This document shows positions 1 through 11,405 of a stretch of DNA of 64,000 bases, piece by piece (position 1 is the first letter of the stretch; every line of letters begins with the position of its first letter). The translations under genes and the position numbers were made by a program. The stretch is from Trichosphaerium sp. ATCC 40318 (lineage: Eukaryota > Protista > Tubulinea), in contig JALMLS010000344.1 of the NCBI GenBank assembly GCA_038496445.1, positions 62,001 to 126,000 of the forward strand, in the 5' to 3' direction. The notes beneath the pieces are model-generated. The model saw only the letters and a list, made by a program, of their open reading frames with translations, was not told the DNA's origin and made no database searches.

Positions 1-2044
1 GGCGGCCTTTTCACTATTATCATTGCAGTATCTAGATTACTGGTTGCTCGTACACCAGCATTTGATGGAGCGAAACGATTGGACCATATTTTTCGACGTA
101 TGGATGGTACACTCGCAGTAACTGTTATTATAATTGCAATTACTATAACACAAACAATAATAATGACAACAGTTGTGATGAGTATGATGTGGTTACCTTC
201 TTTGCATGTGGACGTCAATAAGACATAAAACATTGAGTTTCGTGATCCTCAAGAAAAAAATAAGAAAACAGTGCGGCATGTCTTTTTGAGTACGTTGTAG
301 GAGTTGTAGTTCTGTACATTTATCTGGTGGAATTGCAGTGGCCGTTACATCACATTCTTCTTCCCAGTTCCAAAAGTTATAGCCTTCGAATGGAGGCAGG
401 AACGATGTTGGTCTTATACTTAAATCTGTTACATCTGGGCACTTAAACATTGTAATATTCGTAGTTGTATCAACTTCAAAAGTGACGGTATTGATTGTGA
501 CATTATCTATAAGTATTTAGCAACAATGAAAGTTGTATTCTGATAAACATAAGAAGAGGAAGCGCACTGATGAATATAACAGGCCCAATAACAATCACCG
601 TTTCATTTGCGAGTGTCACTGGGTCAGGAAATACAATAACACCATTATCACAAATCGCTTTTGGGTGAATAGGCTCAGGGCAGGGTTTAGAAGGAGCTTA
701 AGATGGTTAGCAAGTCTTTAAGGTTGGTATTGGTACCATTGCTTGCAGGTATTATCAATTCAGAAGGTCCACTGCCTTGTGACTGTTGTGTGGGAGGTAT
801 GGGATTAGCTGTTGTTGGTGCTATGGTTGTAGGCTCGTCTGTGGAGTTTGATGGAGGAAGTGACGGTGTAGAAACAGCTTCTGTTGGAATCATCGTTGGT
901 TCTGAAGGAGCTTCCGTTGGCGCAACAGTAGTTGGCGCTTCAGTAGGATCAATTGGGGTGAGAGTAGGCGAGGTGGTTGTCGGCGTTGGTGATAGTGTAG
1001 TTGGTTGTAAGGTTGTCGGAAGTATTGTCGGTGACAGTGTCGTTGGAGGCAACGTAGATGGAGGTGGTTCCGTAGGTGATAGCGTAGTTGGCTGTAAGGT
1101 CGTAGGGTGTATAGTTGGTGATAGTGTAGTTGGTTGTAAGGTAGTCGGATGTATTGTCGGTGACAGTGTCGTTGGAGGCAACGTGGTTGGATGAGGTTCT
1201 GTAGGTGCAACTGTGGGTGATGCAGTTGGAGGAAAATCAGGTTGACCTGATAAGAAACATTAGGTTAAAAATAGAACAATCAATTGTCTCAACAGAGTTC
1301 CAAGAAAATGTTGATTGTGGAGCTGTTCCAGTGCATACCCGGGTTTAGCATACAAAGTGATTTCATTGTTAGTTCTCCCCAATCGCTTGCATCATTGTTA
1401 TCTGTCAGGGTAGTTCTCATAGCACCAGTGGCTGTTGGAAAGTTATATCCTGATCCTGTCCATTCAGCTTCATCTGTGAACCTACCAACTTTATTTTAAT
1501 GAGTATCACGCTGAAGTAATGAAGTGTATTCGGGAAAAAAAACGTACAAAATGGCCCTAAAAGGGCATAGTCAACCTGTGTACCTGTGTCATCTCTTAGC
1601 ATGATTTCTAAACCTTCTGTTGTCGCAAAGTCTTCTATTGTGATGTCTAATTCAATCATTGGGCAATCAACACTGACGTCTACACGTCATTAGTCTACAA
1701 AAAAACAAACGAGACCGTACTTACCTTTCCTGGTTACTACCAGTAGAGAGCTTGGATAATACGTAATATCTGGAAAGGTTATCCTTGGCTGAAGTCTTGT
1801 ACCAACAGGTGTTGTTAACACAATGTCTAGAGTCCAACCACCGACATTAACGACTTCAGGGCCTGTATTGGCTAGTTCAATAGCATTTTGGTCCGTAGAT
1901 GATAAAACTCGATGTACTTCGTTTATAAGTATCTACAATAGCAAAATTTAGGATAGAGTAGCGTTTACTTGCACGTGCAGCGGTAAATACTGGATTAGTA
2001 TATAAAATGGATGCTATTAATACTAGCGCGAATGTGTGTCTCAT
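1..2044 (-). CDS. Type-I membrane protein: signal peptide, lamin-tail-domain (LTD)-like N-terminus, Pro/Thr mucin stalk, TM helix; C-terminus runs off the window
   Basis: ATG 2044 gives signal-like MRHTFALVLIASILYTNPVFTA. The next exon reads ILINEVHRVLSTDQNAIELANTGPEVVNVGGWTLD, the LTD pattern (INE..IEL.N....V...GW.L). PTT repeats lie at 860-1240 and a hydrophobic helix VVIIIVCVIVIAIIITV at about 120-175. Introns are GT-AG. Confidence 0.7.
860..1240 (-). repeat. Coding tandem repeat (PTTLSPT/PTTLQ) forming a mucin-like stalk
   Basis: Near-identical DNA blocks recur about 129 nt apart, e.g. TATTGTCGGTGACAGTGTCGTTGGAGGCAACGT at about 1024 and 1153. Confidence 0.9.
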
Positions 2045-2330
2045 GGGAGACGTGCTTCAAATGTGGGACTTCCGGAAGCGCAGCAATCAATGAAATCTTA
2101 GTACTCTATTTGACTAGTTCCTTTTCGTGCTACTTGTTGTTAATCGCGTAAACTATCACGTGCTATGAGATTATTGTTGTCGATATTGTATTTACAATGC
2201 ACGTGCAGTGAGTACTTCGTTTGACCTGCAAGGTCATCTGTTGTGTCCCACAATACATCTAGCAGCTTATTATACCAGGGTTCTGCGGTATTATCGTTAT
2301 TTAATGTAGTAAGCTAATTAATATAAAGGA

Positions 2331-3056
2331 ATGTCAATAGATGATGAATCTCTTGTGCCTCTGAAGGATGACGCTGAATACCATGACAATGAGAGGTAAA
2401 TAACGTAGTTTTTGTAATAACTTACAAAAAACACTTAGCAAAGATGACATTATCACGTGGGCATACGAGAAGGATAGATTATGGAGTTTCTTAGATGCAG
2501 AGTATGGCGGTTGGCATTCTAGACGTATGTTGGTATTCAAACTATACGCAAAATGGATAAGCATCATTACTGTTATCAGTACGACCTTTTTTTGTGATGA
2601 AGTGACTTTCTGACACGTTTTTTCTTTCTTGTAGTATTTGTTCTCGCTTCTATATTTGCTGTGGTAATGTCTGGTCGGTATCTAAGCGTTGTCTTTATTT
2701 TTCTGTTTTCGTTAGCGACTGCTTTACTGATTTTGCTTGTATTTTACACGATCGTAAAAATACCCTACTACTTAGCTACCACTATTCCAAATCCTACTAT
2801 TACTATATACCCTGATAAGCAGATATGCTTTCTTAATAATACTATAAAGTATGATGATATAAGAGTTGTCAGTATGGATGATGGGTGGTGTCTGGCTCTA
2901 GAGATAAAAAAGACTCAAAAAAGTTCCAAAACAAAGTATATTCCTATCCCAATTGGACACTCTGAGGAAGCTATTGATATGTTTATTGAGGAGGATGAAG
3001 AAACACATATGAATCCATGGAATCAAGACTTGCTTGGTAGTGACCAAGAATTATAA
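2331..3056 (+). CDS. Small two-TM membrane protein with a C-terminal PH-like (YcxB-like) soluble domain
   Basis: MSIDDESLVPLKDD..., two GT-AG introns, two hydrophobic helices, then TITIYPDKQICFLNNTIKYDDIRVVSMDDGWCLALEI...YIPIPIGHSEEAIDM. Confidence 0.6.
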
Positions 3057-3367
3057 CATTGGTCACAATGAACACGACATTACAAGTTTTGTTTTTGGTG
3101 TATGTGAATCAAAGTTGTTCGGGTGGAAAAGGTCTTCCAAAATTCGTAAATGCTAAAAAACCCTTGACTACATGGTATTCGCATTCGCACCAATCTTTTT
3201 TCACATTTCTTTGGTTAAAAGGTAGGGTTTTTGTATCTACTCCAAAACTTTAGCTACACGTGCTATAGGTGTTTATTTTTAGTCTAGTTGTAACAAGAAA
3301 TCACACTGACTGGGTTGGATTTTTTCTCAATTTTACAATAAGAAAAAACCTCTCGCGTTTGCGACAT

Positions 3368-6300
3368 ATGAGCTCAAACCCCAGGCATTCTAGTAGTTAC
3401 TTGGGGAAGATATACGTAGAGGTATTATCTGTACGAGGCCTTTCCCACAAAGGATCTCTATGGTCAGGTGCCTTGAATTTAATACTTGTAAGTACGTCGT
3501 TTTGTAGCACGTTTTATGGGCAAAATTAGAGCTATTTAAAAAAATGACTAATACATCCAATAATAAATATCAAAAACCGCGTTTTATTTGCCGCCCATGT
3601 CGTCTTGTAACCAAGACTATCAAGTAAATGGCGACATTATGGTTTTTTGTTATTAAGTATGTAGTCTTGTAATCCTATTTGCTTGGGATTATTGTATTCT
3701 ATTGTATTACGTAACGACAAATCCAAAATGTTTTCAAATAACTCTTATTCTCCGATGTTACAAAAAAAATCCTTCGGGTTTTTTTGTTTTTCTTTTTGTT
3801 TTACTTCGCCTGTATCAAACTAGGATTGTACTAATTAACGCGTACTCATTCAGGAATGCAAAATTGGTGGCACAGGATGCTCTACAAGTGCTATACATGG
3901 TGCTGAGCGCAGTTGGAACGAAGATTTCGTGTTGTACGTTATTTTTTTCTCGTTGTAATTTCTGTTTCGCAAATTGCCTTTTTCGCTCTTTTTTTAATCC
4001 GTCACGTGATTTTCATTTTGCGTTTTCTCTCGAAAGATTTTTTAAATGTTTTATTTTTAAACGCGTGCGAACGTTACGACGCTAGTCTATATGTAATAAT
4101 GAGGTTAGCACGCTCACTGATGAAATGGTTAATAAACCAATGTTGTTCTCGCTCCAAACTCATCAACGCCTTACGAAAAAGATAATTGGCACCTTTGAGT
4201 TCCCTTCAAAACAGCTTAATGATGGTGAGCGTATAGCAGATTGGTTCAAGTTTACAAAGAAAGATAAATTCAATGGAGAAGTATACTTGACCTTCCTGTA
4301 TACATACAAGAAAGATTTGGTACAAATGCTTTATATCCATACTTCGTTTTAATGCGTTTATACGCGAAAGTCGCTCTAACAGTTTTATAGACAGGCAAAA
4401 CGCCCTTGTTTTGTGCTGTGAAGGAAAATAATTTGGGCTTGGTAAAGGAACTTTTGGATACGTCTGTACCTGAAGAAGTAAATGTAACGGATAGGAATGG
4501 TTGGTCGCCCTTTCATAATGTCTGTTCCGAATTCAATAGCGTTACGGCTGATCTTATCATCGAGTTTCTTCAATTTAAAGGCCTAGACGTAAACGCGAGG
4601 AATAACGACCATAATGCGTGCTTGCATTACTTCTGTAGGTGAGTGCAGTTAAAATTACGAAAAAACCAAACCACATTCACTTTTTTAATGAAATTTCGTG
4701 GTGTGATTTAATCACGTGCTTTTAGATATTTCAGCGACCCTGACTATGTCGCTGATTGGAAGACATCAAGAATATGTAATTTATTCAAAGAGCAAGGTAT
4801 AAACCCGAACAATCAAAACGACCACATACCATTAAGTTGATTTTTTATACTTACTTTAACAAAAATAGGCTGTGACTTTAATATTCAAAATAGAAGCGGA
4901 GAAACGCCATTACACAAAGCTTTATACAATAACTCCTTGAGGTTTCTCTTAGTTTCTTGGCTTCTTGGAGCTGATGTTGCTGATGTATCTATCACTAACA
5001 ACAAAGGTTAGTAGAAACAGAAGCGAACTTGTCCAATTTAAAAAATATCACGTGTAGCGATGTTATTTTTAGAATTTTTTATTACTCCCGTGCAGTACGT
5101 TTTTTTTTAAAAAATGAGTTTTAGGGGAGACCGTTGTACATTATGCTTCTCGATTCGGTAGGCTGGATCTTATCTCGAAGTTGTTAGAGGTAGATTTTAT
5201 ATTTTAATTTAATTTAAAACTCAGTTCAATTGAACTGCAAGACATTTTAAATAATTCTTTTTATTTCAGCATGGCGCACCTTTTACTTTGAGGAACAACG
5301 AAAGAAAAACGGCTTTAGATATAGCAAAAGAAATGCAACACATGGAAGTATTTCATGCTCTAAACAAGGTATTCATTGTATCAAACTTGTCAGGTTTTGT
5401 ACGCTAACAATAATAGTCCAAACAACTGTATGATTGGCTCAAAAAAGTTCAAATGGTGCACTATTTTACACAGTTCATAACGAACGACATTCAAAGGGAT
5501 ACAGTCAATCAGCTATCTGACCGACATTTTGAATCAATTGGCGTAGATCCTAAAGTATAAGAGCGCTTTCTTGTACTGCAATGATTAATTTTGTTTTTTT
5601 TATTTAGGACATTCCAATTCTTGTCAAGCACGCCAAGAAGAAGAGTAGAACTAGAGATACGCTATCACCTATTCCAGAGTAATAGATTCTTATGATTAAA
5701 AAAAAGCTAAAAGCGAGGTAGTTCTAGAAATAGACGCGGTAGAAATAGAAGGTCTGATACATCTGTATGGAACAAAAACAAAAAGAAAGTCTATGCAAAA
5801 AGGAAGCCAAACAGTATCCCAGATTTTCGTGACTTTGTATCTGGCTTATCAAAGCGTGGTTGGGTAATCGAAGCCCGTGATTTAGAGTATACACAACTAA
5901 TTGGACAAGGACAAGTACGATTATATTCTGACCACACAAAAGTCTTCTCACTTAAGAAATAGTATGGTTCAGTGTATCGAGGTTTGTACACGCCTTCAGA
6001 TGGAAAGAAAAAAGGGACTACGGTGGCCATAAAATTTTTCAAAACGTCTGGCCTGCAGGACGGCAGCTTCGAGGTTCGAAATTTTGCTTCAAGAAAAACG
6101 TGACGGTTTTTTTAGGAAGTCAAGAAGGAGTTCCATATTATGAGTTTGATTAAAAGTCCACATGTTGTTCAAGTCTTTGGTTTATGTTGCCCTAAAAACA
6201 ACGAGAAAATCATGCTTGTAATGGAATATTGTAAACACGGGTCCTTGCATCATCTGTTAAAGTGCGTACTTTACGAGTGTATTTTAGTAACCTTGTATAG

Positions 6301-7341
6301 TCAAGAGGGTCGCCAGTTATCATGGAAGCGCGTGCATCGTTTCACAAGAGAAAGCGCAATGGGTAACAAAAAATATTGAGTTGACATTACTGTTTTTAAA
6401 TCTTGTTTAGGTTTACAATGTCTTCATGAATGGCGTCCTCAGATTCTTCATAGAGATATAAAGTACGTGTAATATAATTTAGTTTGAATTATCTAATTCT
6501 TCAATAGGACACACAGTATCCCTAATAGCGAGCGTTGCTCATAGCAATGGTTTTACTTTTTTTTTCTTTTTTTTTTCTAATAGTTATTATCTTAACAAAT
6601 GTGAGACATGCTTGTGAGCAAGAATCTTCATATAAAGGCAAGTGTCTCTTTTATTTGTAAGTACAATTTAATGACTCTGTTTATAGATTAGCGATTTTGG
6701 AACGTCGCGATTGAACACAGAAGGATTACGTGCTAGTAACCGCCGAATGGTTGGTACAGTTGCGTACTCTGCGCCAGAAACTTTTAAAGGGAACTTCACA
6801 GACAAATGCGATATCTACAGCTTAGGCAGTACGCATCTTTTAAAATTAAAGACCTTGTTCTTTCTCTCATTCTTATTATTTTCTTAAAGTGGTTATATGG
6901 GAAATGATATATCGTGTATGTAATGGAAAGTACTTGCACCCTTTCGGAGAATTCCAAGATGTATCTATTGATCTTCATATTATATCAAAAGTCCTAGATG
7001 ATGAGTAAGTGACATTGTTATTTTGTTTGTTCAATACAATTTCTTATTGTTCTTTAGCAAGCGCCCAACGATCCCTGTAGACTGTCCAGCGGCGTGGGCA
7101 GAAATTCTTCGTAATTGCTGGGATAGAGACCCTAATAAAAGGTAACGTGAATCTCACGTGAAGCATATAAGAGATGACATTTTGTCTTTAGACCAACAGC
7201 GAAACAACTTGTTGAAATCTTGGAGCACGTTGAAGTACATGGTAAACGCTCAAGAGATGGTGTGAGTGAGAGTTCATCATCTGGATACGTACGCATAAAA
7301 TACATTTAGAAGACACTAATTTACTTTTACAGTACGACTAA
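3368..7341 (+). CDS. C2 domain - ankyrin repeats - SAM domain - TKL-family protein kinase
   Basis: C2: GKIYVEVLSVRGL..SWNEDF..DWFKF..GEVYLTF. ANK: NGWSPFHNVC, SGETPLHKA, GETVVHYA. SAM: LYDWLKKVQMVHYFTQFITNDI..QLSDRHFESIGV. Kinase: GQGQYGSVY, VAIK, HRDIKTHNML, SDFGTSR, GTVAYSAPE, KCDIYSLG. Confidence 0.9.
6516..6605 (+). other. Candidate U12-type (minor spliceosome) GT-AG intron after an 8-nt microexon (6508-6515)
   Basis: 5' site GTATCCCT; branch-like TTATCTTAAC about 10 nt before a GAG 3' end. This splicing restores HRDIK-THN-MLV. Confidence 0.7.
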
Positions 7342-7482
7342 GAAATGTATGAAAAAAAAAAGATTGCCTGAATTCAAAAAAACCCAAAAGGGTCATGTAC
7401 AAACGAGAAAGTTCAAAAATACTTTGAGTAAACTTTCTTACAACAAAAAAAGAACTGGTTACTTAGTAAGTGTATTACTTTT

Positions 7483-8375
7483 TTATTCCTCAAACATGTC
7501 TATTTCTACAATTCCTTCTACAGGAGGAGTGTTCATACTCGTCTTTTGTTTCACAGCTTCATTTAAGCTTCCTTTAAGCTTCTTTACCATCGCCTCTGCT
7601 TCGTATAGTCCTACTTTTTTTGTTATTAGCCTCTTCAATGGTGAGATTGTTTTATAACGTACGTGGATCTTGCAGCTTCTTGAATAGCTTGATACGTAGG
7701 TTGTGGCAATGAAGTTGCACGCGAATTTTTTCTCGTGTATCGCGAATAAGCATGGCCTTAATATTTGCCTCGTCAAGGCCCTATTAAAACGTCAACAAGT
7801 TGTTGAGATTTAGTAGGATTTGTCATCTACGCACAAATAATGCTTGATCATAGCACTCCTAAATCGCTTGTTAGTACTTCACTGAAGTTTAATCCTGGTC
7901 GCTTACCAGTTTGTAGCAGTCAACAGCGAAGTTTAGCCAGTCGAGGTATATTATCTTTGGTGAGTTGTAAAGTATCTCAAAAGTACAAGCCAACCTTGTT
8001 ATTGTCAGTCTGTAAGTATTTTAAACAGTTCTCGTACTTTTCTTTTGGGAATTCCAGTGCATCAAAGCACGTAAGTAGGCACTTGTAAAAGGGTATTTTC
8101 TGTTTACCTTCAGGGTGCCTTGTGTTCATGAGTACTTGTCTAATCTTTTGTTTAATTTCACTTGTCTACAAGCTGTCAGGAATATCTTAATTGAATGTAT
8201 TGTGGTATTGACCTCCTGGGGGCTTAGGAATATCTCATTCTCTAAAAAATAGTCTCTCACCAAAACGTCTAGCTCTGTGTAGCTGCAAGATTAGTTCTTT
8301 CAATTTCACTCAGCATTTATTGTACCTTTGCGAGTAAAGTAGGCTGGGTACCTGTTCTAGCAGAGCAGGATTCAT
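7483..8375 (-). CDS. Hypothetical protein (about 190 aa, multi-exon)
   Basis: Exons join in frame through GT-AG introns: MNPALLEQVPSLLYSQ/SYTELDVLVRDYFLENE.../...EIDMFEE*. No family recognised; start uncertain. Confidence 0.5.
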
Positions 8376-8586
8376 ACTTGAAAGCAAGATTGCTTTGAAA
8401 CTATCATTAAGCAAGTAAACAAAACTTAACATTTGACTCATTAAGAATGTGTACGTTGTAAAGTATGTTCACTCAAAGGGATCACTTCTAACTACTTTTC
8501 GTTGCACTCCAACGAAAAAACTGTGAGAACACGGCAAATAAGGTAACAATCATTTTTTTATTTTATTTTAATACAAGTCCAGTCAC

Positions 8587-9368
8587 TTAGAAAGCAGATT
8601 TTGGACGTTTTGCGAGATAAGCCTTGAGTGGACCTTCTTCGACCTTAGTGCGGAGTGCCTTCAAACCTGGTGTTTTTTCCAAAGCAGCTGCGACTTTGTC
8701 TTGGGCATCAAAAAAGCCACACAAGTGAACAAAGCGTGCGTCAGCAAGACTTGGTTTCTAAAAAGGAGTAAGAGACGGATTATTGATCAAAAAAATAAAA
8801 GACTTGTAGACGTACGTCACCGACGAAGTATCCTTTGCCGTTTGATTGGTGAATAGCCTCAATGAATGCGAGGTGTTTTGGGAGCGTCTCACTGAAAAAC
8901 TTTGCTACAGCAGCATCTTTTTCAGCTTCTTTTTTAGCTGCGTTGTATGCTGTGAAGATGTCGTTGATGCCTTCACCAATGGAATCGATGATAGCGGCTT
9001 CAATGTCATTTGCGCCAAGCAAGTTCAAACGCTTTGCCAAAAAGCGTTCAATGGCACGAGATTGAGCGACTTGTGTAGCTAATGGAGTTAGTTGAGTTCA
9101 TTTCTTAAAAAACGGAAACAAGAAAACGCCAACTGACGAAAACTTTGCAAACACACTTACTTTTGCCACCTTCGGTTACGTCAAGGACAGGCATTTGACC
9201 AAAAGGTGTTTTAGGCTTCAAAGCTTCCCAACCTTCTTTTCCTTCAATTTTGTACGAAGGGATGGCGTAACGCTCATCCGCGTAGGCTTGGTTGCCTAGA
9301 GCGAAGACAAATCGGACAACTTCGGCTTTGCCCATGATGTTAAAGTAGTGAAGTGTGTATGTGGCCAT
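8587..9368 (-). CDS. Glutathione S-transferase (sigma-class-like)
   Basis: YTLHYFNIMGKAEVVRFVF, KPKTPFGQMPVL, AQSRAIERFLAKR, YFVGD/KPSLAD, C-terminal YLAKRPKSAF*. Two introns. Confidence 0.92.
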
Positions 9369-9734
9369 GTTGTTACTGTTGTGTTGTTGACTGTTAAATG
9401 AGTTTGAATGTCACTAAACTTTGGTCACCAAATCCATTTGCGGAGTAAAGTGCGGGCTGTTCATTCAAAGATTCTCCCACCACAGGACAGTTCCGAGGGT
9501 AGGTTCTCCTGCTTTATGCTTTAGGGAGAAACTATTTAAAGTGCTACATGACGAATACGTGGAGTACACAAGTACGAAGCAAGAAAATACATCCAAACAC
9601 TAAGAACATAATAGAATAAAAAAAATAGAAGCTAGTTTAATAGATATAAGCACTATACATTACATACGTGACTTAGCACGTGTTTTTTTAGTTGAGGTTT
9701 TTTTTTTGCATGTTTTTGTTGAAAAACAAAGTTA

Positions 9735-11312
9735 TTATGCAAAGGCGTAACCTAACCCACTTATTGTGCTATGACATGCTGCACAAAATACTTTGTCACC
9801 AGATGTTCTGTATGCACTTGTGATAGGGTTCATGCATTGAACGCAAACAAAACATGATTGACACATTGTCTTGCCGTTTACATTGAAAATTTGGCCTTCA
9901 ATGATTTGCTTACCACACGAACAGCGTACTGAGTTTTGTGTGGTATAGCAATTTTGGCAAAACATCTTGCCTTGGTAAGGATAAAATGTTACACCAACAA
10001 GGGATGTTCTACATTTTGTACAAACAAAACACTCAGTGTTGAACGTTTTACCTAAATTATATTTAATCAGAAAAAAAAGAATAATAAGGTAAGGAGGTAC
10101 CCATAGCCTTAATGAAGTTGCCAAGAATTTGTTTACCACAATTACAACCACAAGCATTGGATTGGGCAGTTGGCTGTGGATTTTGAGGCGGTACACTTGA
10201 AGAAAAAATTAATTGATTGTCTTGCAAAGAAAAAAAACACATTCAAACAACGTACTATGTATTTGATGGTGGTGGCGCTGGTTCATCTCCAAGAATAGAA
10301 TCCATCAAATTATTTAACATATTATCTTCTTCATTGGTTGGGGTACCAACTTTCCTCATCCTGGCAGATGATTTTGGCACTGACATTCTGACACTTTGTT
10401 GTGTTCTCTGTTGTGTTCTCTGTTGAGAAACTGGAGGTTTGTGTGACATACGCATAGATTGCTGTTGCATACGAACTGATGGCTGTCTTGACTGAGGGGT
10501 ATATCCAGCACCGGCACCACCATCAGGCTTTTGTTTAATATAAGCATTCAAGTGTCATAACAAATCGAGTAGCAGTATTCACGTACTTTATCATCCGCAA
10601 GCTCTGCCATGAGATTCTCAAGTTCAGCGTCTGATATATTACTATAGCTTACACCAGAGGCAGTTGACGCTATTTAATATTAGTACAGTATACAACAATG
10701 CAAACAAATGTAATATAAAACGCCTAAATTTACGTACCACCACTGTAGCGACTCATTGGCGCTGGTTGTCCTGTAGGTCTGTAACTGGGTCTTTGGCTTG
10801 CTCTACCATAATTTGAAGCACTGATAGCAAGTGAGTACTAAAAAAGAAAACAGACATAAAAAGAAGTTGCACTATTTACCTTTGAGAAGATAAATTAATA
10901 CCACCAGTTGCTGGTGTGCGAGGTAGAGGTACATTAGACTTTCCAGGTGTATACGTATTGTCCAATTCCAAATCATCAAGTAAATGATCAATTTCGGAAT
11001 CTAGTGATGACTTTGGTCGTGATCGCGTGCTACTAGGGTGTTACTACAATTTTTATTTCTTTTTCGGTTTCTTTTGACTCGGAATGGTTAAAAGTGTTAA
11101 CCGTACGATATTCTGGTAGCTGTGGGTGGTGCATTGGGTACTAGTGTACTGTCGAAATCGTAGGAATCGAATGAAAAGTCTTCGCTAGCCCTTTTGGTCG
11201 TAGGTTCTCTGGGCGAAGATTTCGCTGAGCCGACGGCGCTTGTGAATGTAAGGTCGTCATTTAATTCATTCATCAACGAATCAAACTCATCTAGGGTGTT
11301 TCTACGGCTCAT
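9735..11312 (-). CDS. Paxillin-like adaptor: LD-like motifs plus two C-terminal LIM domains
   Basis: LD-like motifs LDEFDSLMNEL, IDHLLDDL, LENLMAEL, LNNLMDSIL. LIM patterns CGKQI..ECFVCTKC..FCQNC and CSCGKQI..CFVCVQC..FCAAC. Confidence 0.82.
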
Positions 11313-11405
11313 GGTTATTTGTAGGCGTTGTGTGGTGCAGGTGGTGAAGTGGGGTGTTTTTTACGACTTGGCGAGACCGTTACTTTCAACCCGCTGACGC
11401 ATACA
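11313..11405. promoter_or_regulatory. Very short divergent intergenic region, putative bidirectional promoter
   Basis: Only 93 nt separate the LIM gene ATG (11312, -) from the predicted malic enzyme ATG (11406, +). Confidence 0.45.

Noticed and set aside
703-1210. Val/Gly-rich + strand ORF and Gln/His-rich alternative-frame ORF
   Set aside because: These are shadow frames of the Pro/Thr repeat; the real frame continues in phase with flanking exons on the minus strand.
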